A DNA stretch of 64,000 bases. It comes from a virus. Below the pieces are notes generated by a model that saw only the letters and a list, made by a program, of their open reading frames with translations, made no database searches and had not been told where the DNA came from. Both the position numbers and the translations under genes were made by a program. The stretch lies in IMG/VR virus record IMGVR_UViG_3300031975_001631. One strand, written 5' to 3'. This document shows, piece after piece, positions 1 to 11,700 of this stretch. How positions within the stretch are numbered: position 1 is the stretch's first letter; the number at the start of each line of letters is the position of its first letter.

Positions 1-3000
1 AACCAGAAACACTACTGACTTCCAATAACTTAGGAATGATATCAACTCCACCCTGATTATCAAAGAAAGGATAAAAATTAGTAAATGGTTTTAAACCAAT
101 AGCAGCGAATTCGATATTTCTAGAACGACAGAAAGGATCGAAAGTTTCTTCTGCAATAAAGGTGTTTTCAGACCTAATGTCATCTCTCTGTACCGTTCTA
201 CCAACTTCTCTGGTACTTACAGAAGCAGAACCACCAAGAGCTCCACCTCTAGTCAAACTAAAGTTCGCAGCAACTTGATTATTGAATACTGTAATACCAA
301 TAGTATTACGAATAACATTCTGAGTCTCTCTGGTATTAATCCAGTTATCTAATGAAGGATTAAGCTTTAGTTCACCTGTAAATGCAACAACATGGAATGG
401 ATTGATGTTATTGACTTTGGTTGCAAATTCTTGCTTGATGTATTCTTTTTCTTGATACTTGAGTGATAACAAATTACCCGTCTTTTGGGTATTTGCATCA
501 TCTAACAATAAGAAATTAGAGCTAAAGTCAATCTGGGATACTGGAATATCATCTTTAGGTGCAACCTGAAGTGCCGAAGAATCAAATTCTCTCAGTGGTC
601 TTAGTTCGCCAAGATCTCTATCAATCTCACATGGTGAGCTTGGATGCATGAAATCAAAAGTCTTAAAGTTGTCAACAAAGAATCCAGATTTGAATCTTGT
701 AAGACCTTGGGAATCTCTAATTTGTAGAGACTCAGCACTCTTCTCTAAAAGATTGAGACTGGTAACAACTTCTAGATTTTCCACTCGGTCGGCAAGATCT
801 CCAATATCTCTCATCGTATAACGACGATTATCTTTGAGATAAACTCTTGCTTCCTGAGTATCTCTAAGGTATGCTGGAAGAAGGACTGTCCCAACTTCCA
901 TCCCTTTACCAGATACTACTGGAGGAATTGGTTGTCTAGCCGGTTTACCTTTAATAAGATCAAAATTGCCATCTTGAAGTAATACTAGTTTGTCAATTCT
1001 AGGAAGATAGAAGTCATAGTCAAAAGTCATTGACTCGTTAGGAGTCAAGATTCTATCTGGTTTCCCTACAAAATCTCTAGATGTATAGAAGAAAGGAGAC
1101 TCTGATGCTGAAGCTGGATTATATGATGCAACTCTAGGTCTAAAATCTAGAACATCATGGGCTTCAATGCGAGAAGGTCCAATTTGGGGAATATCTTTTT
1201 TATATCTTTCTTCATCATAACTATTAACTGTGAATACATCTCCAGTGTCTCCACTAGGAACATCATATCTGTTGTAAATAATAGTAAGTTGTCTATGAGG
1301 AATATATGCTCCTCTATTTCTTACGACTCTAGAGTAATCGTAATATTGATTTCTTTGTCCCTTGTCTAGCAAGTAGCTAGAAGTGACATCTCTATATTTT
1401 CCAGGAGCAGTTCCTTGCAGAACAGCTGTAGTATTTGACTCCTCAAAATTTAAAGGTTCTAATGTTGCAAATCTATCTCTAGTCAGATATACAACACTGA
1501 TTTGATTATTACCAGCATCAATAGAAATTACCTTTGCAATTGCATTAGTTGAAGTGCCAAAAATATTTTCCCCAATAATAGCACTAGTAAATACATCATC
1601 AGTAGATGTGAAATTTAATTTGTCTAAAATAGGAGCAGATGCATCCAGTGATTCATAGATAGCTATGATATCAGTAGCATCTGGTTCATTGAGAGAAATA
1701 TCTCTATCCTGAACTCTTAATCCATAAAGATCACTATGATTAAGTCCATCATTAACACTCGTAGATGGGTCACTTCCAGATCTTCTATTGGTTGATCTAG
1801 TTACTGATACTTGCTGACATCGTTTGAATTCTTTTACTTTATTTTTAATATTTGATTTAATAACAGTGACATTAACTGTCATTCCAGTTTGTGAAGGATT
1901 GAGTCCAGTAATTGTAAGTTGTGTTGGACTTACTGTTACTTGATCTTCTTCAATTACAGCAATAGTTCCGTTAGAATATTGTGCTTGATATCTCTCTTCA
2001 TCAAAAGCTGCAAATGACGCATCATTAAGATCTACAGAAGCAATAGGAAGAATTAATTGACCAAGCGAATTTGTAGATTCATTCTGAACCTGTGCAGAAA
2101 GCAATAATGAAGATCCAGTAAAATCAACATTAGAAATATTGAGATCTGGTAGAACAGTAATCAAAGATGCATTTTCGTTGCTACTATCTTGAGCTCCAAG
2201 TGAAATTTCACCAACATACCCATTAACACCACCATCAAACAAATTTGCAACTGTTGTCATAGCTCCAACAGTCATTGACTGAAGATCTGAAGCAATCGAA
2301 GTTACAACATTTTGAAACTGAGTCTGTGTGCCGTTCTTAGTGTCGGTATACCTAATAATATCACCGGCTTTGAATCTTTGGAAACTATCGATTCTAGGAG
2401 CAGTTACTGTTGCCCCAGCACCAGATACTGCAATGGTTACCTGACCAGTTCCCAATCTAGGAGGAATTCTATCGTTGAGCTTCTTGTTAGCTGCAAAACT
2501 ACTACCACTCTGAGCAAACGAGAAAACATCGTTAATACCATAACTAGTGATTGACTCAATAGTTCTAGGAGATTCTTCAGAACCATTAATTAAGATTGGT
2601 TCGCCTACTCTAAAAGAACCAGATGTTTGGGTAACTTGGATTGAACTAGAACCAGCACCTGCAGCAACTGCAAATGCATTAGCCCCACTTTCTTTACCAA
2701 CAATAAATGCCGATTTAATTAGTTCTGTGGCGCTTACATTATCACTGAGTTTTAAGTTCGTATATGTTTGAACATCGTACAAATACAGATTAAATTCTGT
2801 AGATGCGTCTTCATACTTCTGATCTCTTAATCCAAAATTATATACCTTAGCATCACCAATTTTATTAGAAGTTCCTGCCACAAGTCTTGTGGAACTCTCA
2901 AATGGACCACTAAACAGATCAATTCTGTTGGTAAAAGTTGTAATACCAGTTATATTATTTACAATAAATTTATTTCCCATCTCAAATGGGAATGATTTGC

Positions 3001-4156
3001 CTTTTACTTCTTGAGTTTCTCTAGGTTTGAAGAAATCAAGTACCGTAGGACCATCAGTTGATACATCATATCCGTTAACATATGCCTTACCAGCACTAAT
3101 TTTTAAGCAGGCAAGATCTTCATCTGGGGTATTTCCATCAAAAGTTGTTTGATCTGAGAAATAAACGCCGTCATTACCTTGTCTATCGTTAAGACATTCG
3201 GTAACATCTAATAGGAACTTATTGACAGTATAGTTACCAGACTCATCAAAAGTTCTTCCTGCGAGATAATCTCTAATTTTTGAATATTCTGTCTCTTTTT
3301 TAATGACTAAAACTTCGCCATTATTGACACGAACAACCTCTACAAAATCAGTGTCATTAAAATCTGTAATAGGTTTCTTACTAAGAACTAGATTAATTCT
3401 TAGTCTATCGGCACCAGGTGCAGCAAAGTTAGAAAATCCCTTGGCATTATCATAAAGAGACTCGTCTCCTTTTGCAGATACCGTTGTTTCAATTACACTA
3501 AGACCAACTCTGAAAGTGGGTTGAGAGCTGTACTGGTCTAAAATAATAGTCTGTTTTTTTACTTTTACAAAATTACCTCTAACAAAGATAATTCCTTCAT
3601 CAATAGAAACAGAAGATCCAATGGTGCATGAATTTAGATCAATCGTAGATGCAAAAGTACCACCAACATTAATTGTAGTGTTACCATATGTAAAAGAATC
3701 TTCTGTGACTAAAATTTCAGAGTCATTAAAGAAATTAAAATCTCCAGTAAGTGAAGAGTTAATATATTTTACAAAGAATGTATCATAATCATTATCAGAC
3801 TCGGAAGCACTAATAAAATTAATTACTTTTGCAGTAACACCAGTGGTTTGACCCCTAATAGTCTTACCAATAACCTTACTAGCATATACTCCAATATCAA
3901 CACCGAGGTGAGTTGGATTTACTTGGACAGCATAATACTGTCCATCAAATGTCACAGACCCAGGAACGACAATCGATCCTTCCTTGAAGATATGACTACC
4001 AAATTTTTCTACTTGATTTTGTAGAATAGATTGTAAGGTAGTAAGCTCTCTAGCTTGTACAGGGAATCCCGGCTTAAAAAGGACACGATGATAACCCTTT
4101 TCAGGATCAAAATCATCATAGTATGGACTTACATTGAGATTAGTCTGTGTTGGCAT
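1..4156 (-). CDS. Large virion structural protein, DUF4815/VrlC-like; 3' end runs off the window
   Basis: Hand translation from ATG at 4156 gives MPTQTNLNVSPYYDDFDPEKGYHRVLFKPGFPVQARELTTLQSILQNQVEKFGSHIFKEGS, the typical N-terminus of this T4-like cyanophage family. The same frame reads PFFDNQGGVDIIPKLLEV at the window edge. Not in the ORF track, probably because it has no stop codon in the window; interior only spot-checked. Confidence 0.85.
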   Translation of the reverse strand, partial: MPTQTNLNVSPYYDDFDPEKGYHRVLFKPGFPVQARELTTLQSILQNQVEKFGSHIFKEGSIVVPGSVTFDGQYYAVQVNPTHLGVDIGVYASKVIGKTIRGQTTGVTAKVINFISASESDNDYDTFFVKYINSSLTGDFNFFNDSEILVTEDSFTYGNTTINVGGTFASTIDLNSCTIGSSVSIDEGIIFVRGNFVKVKKQTIILDQYSSQPTFRVGLSVIETTVSAKGDESLYDNAKGFSNFAAPGADRLRINLVLSKKPITDFNDTDFVEVVRVNNGEVLVIKKETEYSKIRDYLAGRTFDESGNYTVNKFLLDVTECLNDRQGNDGVYFSDQTTFDGNTPDEDLACLKISAGKAYVNGYDVSTDGPTVLDFFKPRETQEVKGKSFPFEMGNKFIVNNITGITTFTNRIDLFSGPFESSTRLVAGTSNKIGDAKVYNFGLRDQKYEDASTEFNLYLYDVQTYTNLKLSDNVSATELIKSAFIVGKESGANAFAVAAGAGSSSIQVTQTSGSFRVGEPILINGSEESPRTIESITSYGINDVFSFAQSGSSFAANKKLNDRIPPRLGTGQVTIAVSGAGATVTAPRIDSFQRFKAGDIIRYTDTKNGTQTQFQNVVTSIASDLQSMTVGAMTTVANLFDGGVNGYVGEISLGAQDSSNENASLITVLPDLNISNVDFTGSSLLLSAQVQNESTNSLGQLILPIASVDLNDASFAAFDEERYQAQYSNGTIAVIEEDQVTVSPTQLTITGLNPSQTGMTVNVTVIKSNIKNKVKEFKRCQQVSVTRSTNRRSGSDPSTSVNDGLNHSDLYGLRVQDRDISLNEPDATDIIAIYESLDASAPILDKLNFTSTDDVFTSAIIGENIFGTSTNAIAKVISIDAGNNQISVVYLTRDRFATLEPLNFEESNTTAVLQGTAPGKYRDVTSSYLLDKGQRNQYYDYSRVVRNRGAYIPHRQLTIIYNRYDVPSGDTGDVFTVNSYDEERYKKDIPQIGPSRIEAHDVLDFRPRVASYNPASASESPFFYTSRDFVGKPDRILTPNESMTFDYDFYLPRIDKLVLLQDGNFDLIKGKPARQPIPPVVSGKGMEVGTVLLPAYLRDTQEARVYLKDNRRYTMRDIGDLADRVENLEVVTSLNLLEKSAESLQIRDSQGLTRFKSGFFVDNFKTFDFMHPSSPCEIDRDLGELRPLREFDSSALQVAPKDDIPVSQIDFSSNFLLLDDANTQKTGNLLSLKYQEKEYIKQEFATKVNNINPFHVVAFTGELKLNPSLDNWINTRETQNVIRNTIGITVFNNQVAANFSLTRGGALGGSASVSTREVGRTVQRDDIRSENTFIAEETFDPFCRSRNIEFAAIGLKPFTNFYPFFDNQGGVDIIPKLLEVSSVSG

Positions 4157-4160
4157 CTTC

Positions 4161-5735
4161 TTAGAATTCTAAAACGATTTTAATGTCTTCTTTTTGACGC
4201 TCGTTCCTAGCAATAGATGGCCTATTGTCAAGATAAAGTATCTCACCAGTCCTTTTATTTATTTCTTCTGGAGCAAGACCGTTTGTAAACTGTACTCCTA
4301 GGTCAACAACTTTACCTGATGGGGTAGTTGTTGAAATGCCGGTAAATCCAGAGTCGATGTTTACACTGAAACCACTTGGACCCGTAACAGCATTTCCTGT
4401 GGCAGAAAATGGAATTACATCAGCATCTCCACCAACACCCAAACTATCGGTTGCATCATATAGACTAGGGTTGAGATAAAGGTTTCTATCTTGGAAATAC
4501 TTAATTACTTTTGTACTTGTATCGTAAGAAGCAACATAAGCTTTTGCAGTGCCAACGCCAGAAATATTCTGTGTAATTTCAGAACCAATTGCAAGAGTTT
4601 GTACAGTACTACCACTAAATTTGAGTGATTTAGTAGATGAAAACTCAGATGTATTGATAATCGCTGTAGATCCAGCACCAGCAGCGATTGGGTTCTTAAT
4701 TACCCCAAGTTGCGAAAATGTAGTATCAGAAATAAAGTCATAAGAAGAACTATCAAATCTAGAATAGATAAGAACTTTATCTGTTCCTAATTCTTTATAT
4801 AAATCAAATCCATGTCCTCTTGATGGAGGGATAATCGGGGTCAGTTTAGCAAATTTTGTAGCTCCATTATTAATAGACGAAAGATTGACTCTTCCAAAAC
4901 TATACCCTTGTCCACCAGTAGTTACAATTGCAGAAATAATTTGACCGTTTGTATTTGTTTGAACTCTGACTTTGCCCCCAGTTCCATCTCCTAGAATATC
5001 CAATTCTACTGGGGACGATAAGAATGAGTATCCTTCACCCTGTTCGTCAATCGATACAACTTTAATTTGATTATTATTTAACTGAGAATCTCCATTATCT
5101 CTTACAACTTTAACTTCATTTTCAGTAGAAGTGTTCCATTCGTTAGGAACAGCTACATATTCGGTTGAGTCGAACTTGACAATATCAGCGGGAGGAACAG
5201 TAAAGAGGTACTTCCATAGATAACCGTCGCCACTCGTCCCAGCTGCGGATGGTTCCAAATCAGTAAATGTCGGTTCATCTAACGAGGCGTTTGCTGAAGA
5301 TGTAATTCCGGCAGAACCATTATTAATACAAATATAGACCCTAAAGTCTTTATTCATAATGTAATAGTTTGCAGAGTAAAGTCTACTGGAGTTAGATACT
5401 AATGATCTATTATTAGTATCATAATCGTGTCGGTACATATCATAAGATGTACCTTTTGTCCACTGAACTTTACGAATCAATCTTCGCACATCACCAGGCA
5501 ACACTTTTCTTCCGAAAAGCATGGTATCATAAACATGATTAACATAGCTAATATTATCAATAGGTGCTGGTGGTTGAACCGTAGTGCTATTCCAGGTACT
5601 AGTTCTTCCATAACCCGCGATAGTCGGGTTTGCAAGACTCAAAAAGGTAAAATATGAATTAGTACCGCTAAGTATGGAGTCTACAAAGTTATTCGCATTA
5701 ATGACCCTGAACTGGTCGGTGATAATGGCTGCCAT
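4161..5735 (-). CDS. gp8: Baseplate wedge subunit gp8
   Basis: 524 aa. MAAIITDQFR N-terminus, W..GT.YDMYRHDY, EP.....GDGYLWKYLF and C-terminal GEILYLDNRPSI.R...QKEDIKIVLEF match cyanophage gp8; lies downstream of gp6/gp7. Confidence 0.9.
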   Translation of the reverse strand: MAAIITDQFRVINANNFVDSILSGTNSYFTFLSLANPTIAGYGRTSTWNSTTVQPPAPIDNISYVNHVYDTMLFGRKVLPGDVRRLIRKVQWTKGTSYDMYRHDYDTNNRSLVSNSSRLYSANYYIMNKDFRVYICINNGSAGITSSANASLDEPTFTDLEPSAAGTSGDGYLWKYLFTVPPADIVKFDSTEYVAVPNEWNTSTENEVKVVRDNGDSQLNNNQIKVVSIDEQGEGYSFLSSPVELDILGDGTGGKVRVQTNTNGQIISAIVTTGGQGYSFGRVNLSSINNGATKFAKLTPIIPPSRGHGFDLYKELGTDKVLIYSRFDSSSYDFISDTTFSQLGVIKNPIAAGAGSTAIINTSEFSSTKSLKFSGSTVQTLAIGSEITQNISGVGTAKAYVASYDTSTKVIKYFQDRNLYLNPSLYDATDSLGVGGDADVIPFSATGNAVTGPSGFSVNIDSGFTGISTTTPSGKVVDLGVQFTNGLAPEEINKRTGEILYLDNRPSIARNERQKEDIKIVLEF

Positions 5736-5768
5736 TATGATGAACGGGCGGAAGGTCTAACTTTTCTG

Positions 5769-5776
5769 TATTTATA
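5769..5776 (-). promoter_or_regulatory. T4-type late promoter TATAAATA upstream of gp8
   Basis: Exact TATAAATA on the minus strand, overlapping the gp7 stop codon, about 35 nt before the gp8 start. Confidence 0.75.
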
Positions 5777-8700
5777 ATATCTTCGGCAATCCTCCAGTTC
5801 CTCTCAATCCAACACCACGCCTTTGAACGATAGGATAGTTTGTTAACTCTGGATCAAAGTCAATACCTTTAATATTTGCATTAACTGGTTGTGTTTGATC
5901 TCTAGTAACATTACTGAACTTACCCCAAGTGAAATGAGCATAAGGAATTGAGGTAGAACCAACTCCAACAAAATCACTTACATTAGTATAAGATGCAATA
6001 TTAGCAGTGATAACTCCCACACGACCACCATTTCGTGTGGTTACTGCATGGACATAGTAAATGTTGTCACCATTGAATGTACTGATACCTACGATGTCAG
6101 TATCGTGCGTATCGATGCTAGTAACAGCAGCACTAACCGTGTTAATACCAGTTCCATAAAGCTTGAATGGTTGTCCAGTAGTTAATCCAGCAGTGCTATT
6201 ACCATCATTCACATACTCTTGAGCGTCAAACTGAATGAGAAGAGCAAGATCAGTTCCAATACCAGGACATGTACTGATACCAGTAACAACTCCAATAAAT
6301 CCTTGAACATTCGCAACTAATGGTTCAATTCCTGTGATGTTCTCATAGTTTATTCCATAAACTGCGGTTGTACCGAATCCAACTTCTGCAATATACGCAA
6401 GACTGAATGACCCGGTTAAACCATTATCAGTATCTCTGAACATAGCAGTAGAATCAACATATACGAAGGAATCGGTTGTAGTTAAGACTCCAATTACATT
6501 TGCAATCGGAGTAATCTGTGCTTCAATAGAATCTCTAGCTTTTGATACTAGGGATCCGTCAATGATAATATCTTTTTTCTGCTTAATCCAATCCATCGGT
6601 TTATAGTTATCATTGCTGATACCTACACCCTGATAGAACGCAGTTTCTACTGTAGCTGCACTATCAATTCTCTTAACAATTCTATTAGCACTTTGGGCAA
6701 GATTTTCAGTACTTTGAGTGACTTGATTTAACTCAATCTGGGCACTCTTTCTCAGTCTGAGATTATCACCGACTTTAATAACCTCATTTACATCAAATAA
6801 GAAGCTATCTTGCCCGATTGTTCCTCTATAGAAGAAAATAACGACATTATCTTCAGAAGTAGGAGCACTCGTAAATTCAATAACGGAACCACCATCAAAT
6901 GTGTAGTTAATGCCGGGTTCTTGAATAACACCATTAATAAAGATGAGAAGAACTGCAGAAAGGTCGATTTCTTTAGAATCTCGATCCCCTCTATCAATTT
7001 CAAAACTAACTAGTGATTGCTGATAATAAAGAAGGAATCTCTTCTGATTACCATTTTGGAATGGTCGAATGTTATCAAGGTAATCGATGTTACCAAACTG
7101 CCAAGAAGAAACTTGGTCAGTAAATACATCAACAACTTCTAACTCAAATGGACTGAACTTGTCTCCAGCATAAGGATCAGTAGAAAGACCAGTTACGGTG
7201 AACTTATCACCGCGTTTGAATCCGTACCCCTTCTTACTAAATTGGAATTCAGATACTTCAAATAATGTTGATCCAATTCCAGTTGCTGTACTCACTCCTG
7301 CGATTTGAATAGTGACGGAACAACCAACACCGGTTAAAGTTGTATTTCCAAGTCCAATTCTAGAAACACCAACAATCGGGAGATTTTCTCCATTGGGTTC
7401 TGGAGTAATGACAATATCATTTTCCGTATAGTTTGTACCTGGTCCAGTAACACTGAACACCAAAGATCCACCAGCACCTACAACAGCAGTAACAGTAGCT
7501 CCTGTACCTGTGGATGTAGTAACAGCAATGCCAATAGTACCAAGGTTGGTATTATATCCAGACCCAAAAGTAAGTGGGAAGAAAGGTGCAGCAGTACCAC
7601 CACTCACATAAGTGTGTGGGATTGTAGACGGACCAACTTGAACTTTGAATTGAGTAGCAGAAATAATACCAGCAACAGAGAATGGATCATTATGCTCTGG
7701 GAAAATAGTAGTCGTAACGCCAGCATGAGCTGCACCACAAGTAAATGCAATGCCAGTCAGTTTTACTTGATCTTCGACGAGAAGACCATGGTTCGCTGAA
7801 GTAGTAACGGTCATGATGCCCGTTCTCTTATCATAAACAGCGTTACTAAGAGATACAGAAGGACCTGTGGTGGAGATCCCGACAATACCAGTGATAGTAC
7901 CGCCAGCACCAACATTAAGACGGACATCAGCTCCTTTAAACGGTGCATAACCTACTCCTGGAGTAGACGCAATAGAAACGATAACACCGCCTCTAGGGAG
8001 TTGGTTCTGGTTGATATCATCTATATCGATAATTAAATCGGTGAATCCAACTGATGTGATACCACTAAATTGAACACTAGCAGCTGTAGAAACGGGATCT
8101 TCAATAATTTTAAAGTTAGAAACTCCTTCGTTATTTTCTCCAAATGGTGCTTGGAAAATACCGTTAATGAACAGAACGCCATTACCACCAGTAGAACCAA
8201 TACCAGTTACAGCAGCGCCAGTAGCAGTTAGTGGGAAGGTATTTTCAAGTCCATCAAACTTGTCCGAAAAATCATCAAATAGTTCATTAGTTCTATAATC
8301 ATTTCTTAAATAAGTTCTGCCACCAAAAGATGCTCTAGGGTATGGTAAGTTCTGTGGGTCAATAACTCCTAGGTCACCACCAAGAGGAGCTTCTGTAAAG
8401 TGAACTTGACTATTAAGAATTTGGAAAGATCCCCTATGAATTCTTGCAATAGAACCAGCAGCATGATCAGTAGCTGCAGATCCAACAGCACCCCTTTCAA
8501 CCTCAACGATACTCCAAGTGCCGATCCCTGTAATAGGTCCAGTTGGTTGAGTAGCAAAACCAACAGTTCTTACAATTGAGTACTCATCAGCAAGTTTTAA
8601 CAGATCACCAGAAGTAACTGTACTTAATCCACTAAGTGCAAAAGAAGTAACAATACCATTTACTGCAACATCAAGATCGTAAGTGATTTGAGTGTATGAA

Positions 8701-11700
8701 ATTGGTTTTTGAACAATTCCATTGAGAGCGATGATCGTTTTTTCATCTCTCTTATCCATAGTAAATCTATGCTTGTTTCCAGCAGAGGTTCCTGGTTGGA
8801 AAGTAACAGCTATTCCAGATCTTGCATCAGTAAGATTGGTGGAGATGAAGAATTGATCATTGTTATTTTTAATGATAAAGACTGTGGATGGGAGAGATGT
8901 GTGCCCATATCCAGTAACATATTGAAGAGCACTAGCAGCAACACCAACAATATTAGAATCTGGTTCATATGTAACTGGTTCTGCATTCGAGAAGAAATGC
9001 TTGAAACTAATAAGACCTGTTCCAAAGTCAATTTGACCTGGGTCTTGTGGGTTTAGATCTCTTTCATAAATTGGTGTTCCTTCATATTTGAGATCGAATG
9101 TTCTAATGTTTCTATTATTGATTCCTAAGTAAGTATTTTGGGTAACATTTTCAAATACATTGCCATAGTCAAATGAACCGATACCTGCAAGTGTTCCGTT
9201 TGGATCTGGGTCTTTATACAAGACTTCGTTGTAAGAATAGATGCTTACAATTCCTGTTACTCCAGAATCTGGATAGAATTCCAGATTTACATTGCTTCCA
9301 CTAAATTCTGCTCCAAATGTGCCGATACCAGTAGTAGTGCCAATAGCTGCGATTGGTTGCTGTGATATGTAAGTATCAGCTTTTTCTGGATCTGACAATA
9401 CATAGATTTGATGTAGTGTCTGAGTTGATCCATAAGAAACATGTACGGTTGACTTGAATGATAAGTTAGTAAAGCTACTGACACCAACAACTGTAGAAAT
9501 TCCAGTAGTAGCAGATGCACCAACAATAACTCTAGCTGTTCTCTCAGTACCTTCTGGAGTAAATTTAAGGTTGAGGTGTCTTATTGAAGTTGTACCAAGT
9601 CCAACATTCTCGAATGATACAAATTTACTTCTAATTGCGAGAGTAGAACTCTCATTGTGAATATAGTCAATTTTAACAACTCCACTTTCAATAGAAGAAG
9701 TAAATGTACCCATGAAGTTGGGACTTGAAATACCACCAAGACTTTGGCGAGTATTAAACGATGCGAGTTCTGTTAGGTAAGTATCTGTACCATCATGTTG
9801 GAGAGCTAACTCAACATAATCAATACTCTTCGCTGCAGAATCTACTATAAGAAAATGACCAACACCACCAACAAATGTAGTAGTACTAAATCCGATAACT
9901 TGCGTGGTAGACCCAGATCCTACAAGAACATTGGCAGATGAGTTTACAGCATTGCCGGTATTGGTAGATCCGATTCCTACATCAGCAGAAAAACCTTGCT
10001 GGAATGTCTTAATATCGTAATTAGTATCAAAAGTTTCATAAGGTTTAATTCTTATTTCAGTAAGATCATCGTCAGCATTGTAAAATGAGAAGAACTCTGC
10101 ATATCCAGTTGAAAGACCAACATTGTTGGTATTGTTGATATGTGACTTCTGTAAAAGATAAGTACTCTTATCAACTGTTACTAGAATAACCTCATTTAAT
10201 TGATACTGATTATTCAGAGGATTTTCTGCCGAATGAGTTGTTTGAATAAGATATCTTGAGAAATTTCTTCCAGCAACAATCCCAGCAATAGTTCTATCAT
10301 CACTTAAATCGTTAGATTCGTTACTAATGAAATTTGGACTAATATCATCATGAATAAGGACTCTATTAGTCTTATTGAGAATAAAATCCGCAAGTCTTGT
10401 AGATTTAAGCTCTAGGAATTTAGATGTATTGTTGTTAGCATTAACATCTCTAGAAAGATCGAAATTATAAATCCCATCAACTCTCAATGGATCACTAATA
10501 AAGTCAAGAACAAATCCACCAGCATCATCGGCAGGTTGTACTGATTCTCCAGCATCACCGATCGATAAAATTTGAGTATTTGCAAAGTTCTTCATCCCAG
10601 CTGGATGAACAATATCATTTACATAAGTAATAATTTCATCAAATGTCTTATCACTTTCGATAGCATAAGACATATTCTGATAGTAGTCATTATCGGGTAA
10701 GAATTGATTACTATCACCAATTAGTCCAATATTATCAGACCATCCAACATTAGTATCAATAGTAGAATCGATATCATAATATCCATCAAATACTGTAACT
10801 GATTCTACTTCTGCACGATCACCACTATTAGTGCCGACAAGATTATCATCAGGTTCCAAAGGTCTAGAACCTTCGATGACCATAATCCCAGTATTTGTAT
10901 CAATAGATCTCAAAATTAGATCAGTTTCATTATCATTGTTTCTTCTTAACGGTTCGTTCTTAGCAAATGGTGAGAAAGATATTGTAGATGAGAACTGTGC
11001 AAGGTCACCTGCTTTAACAATTTGACCAAAGCCAGGAACTACAGTTGCTCCAGTACCAACATTTGTAGTTAATCCAGTATACTTAAATGATACTTCTCGT
11101 GGATTTACTGCTGAGTTGTAGGTATCAATTTTAAAATTAGTGAATAAGTAGTCGCCAGAGTTAAATCCATCTCCGTCATTATTAAATTCAATTCCTTCAA
11201 GATATACTTCTTCCCCTGCAACAAAAGGTTCGTCAACATATCCAAGAATTGGGGTAGTAATTTTGCAGGTAACAACACCAACATCAGAGAAAGCTTCAAT
11301 AATGGAAATACCATTACTGTTTCTTAGTGGAGCAACGCCATAAGCATTTGCACTCAAACCTCTAGGTTGAACGACAACCTTAGCACTGTTTACAGCGGAA
11401 TCACTAAGTTCACAAGTAATCAAACCATTATTGACAATAATTCCGGTAGATTTATCGTAAAGGACAAGAGAAGGTGCATTCAAGTAAGATTTGCCACCAA
11501 AGGTAACATCTACATCGATTACTCTATTTGCATTTTTAGCCTGTACAGATCTAGGTAAGAATGCATCTGGTTTTAAAGTATTGTCTGAGGGATATCCAAA
11601 AACATCAGTGGGGACTGTTACGCCTTTCAATTGATTGATCGAGGGACCGGTCAGAAGAAGATTTCCACTAATTCCACTATTCCCAATAGATGTAACTGCA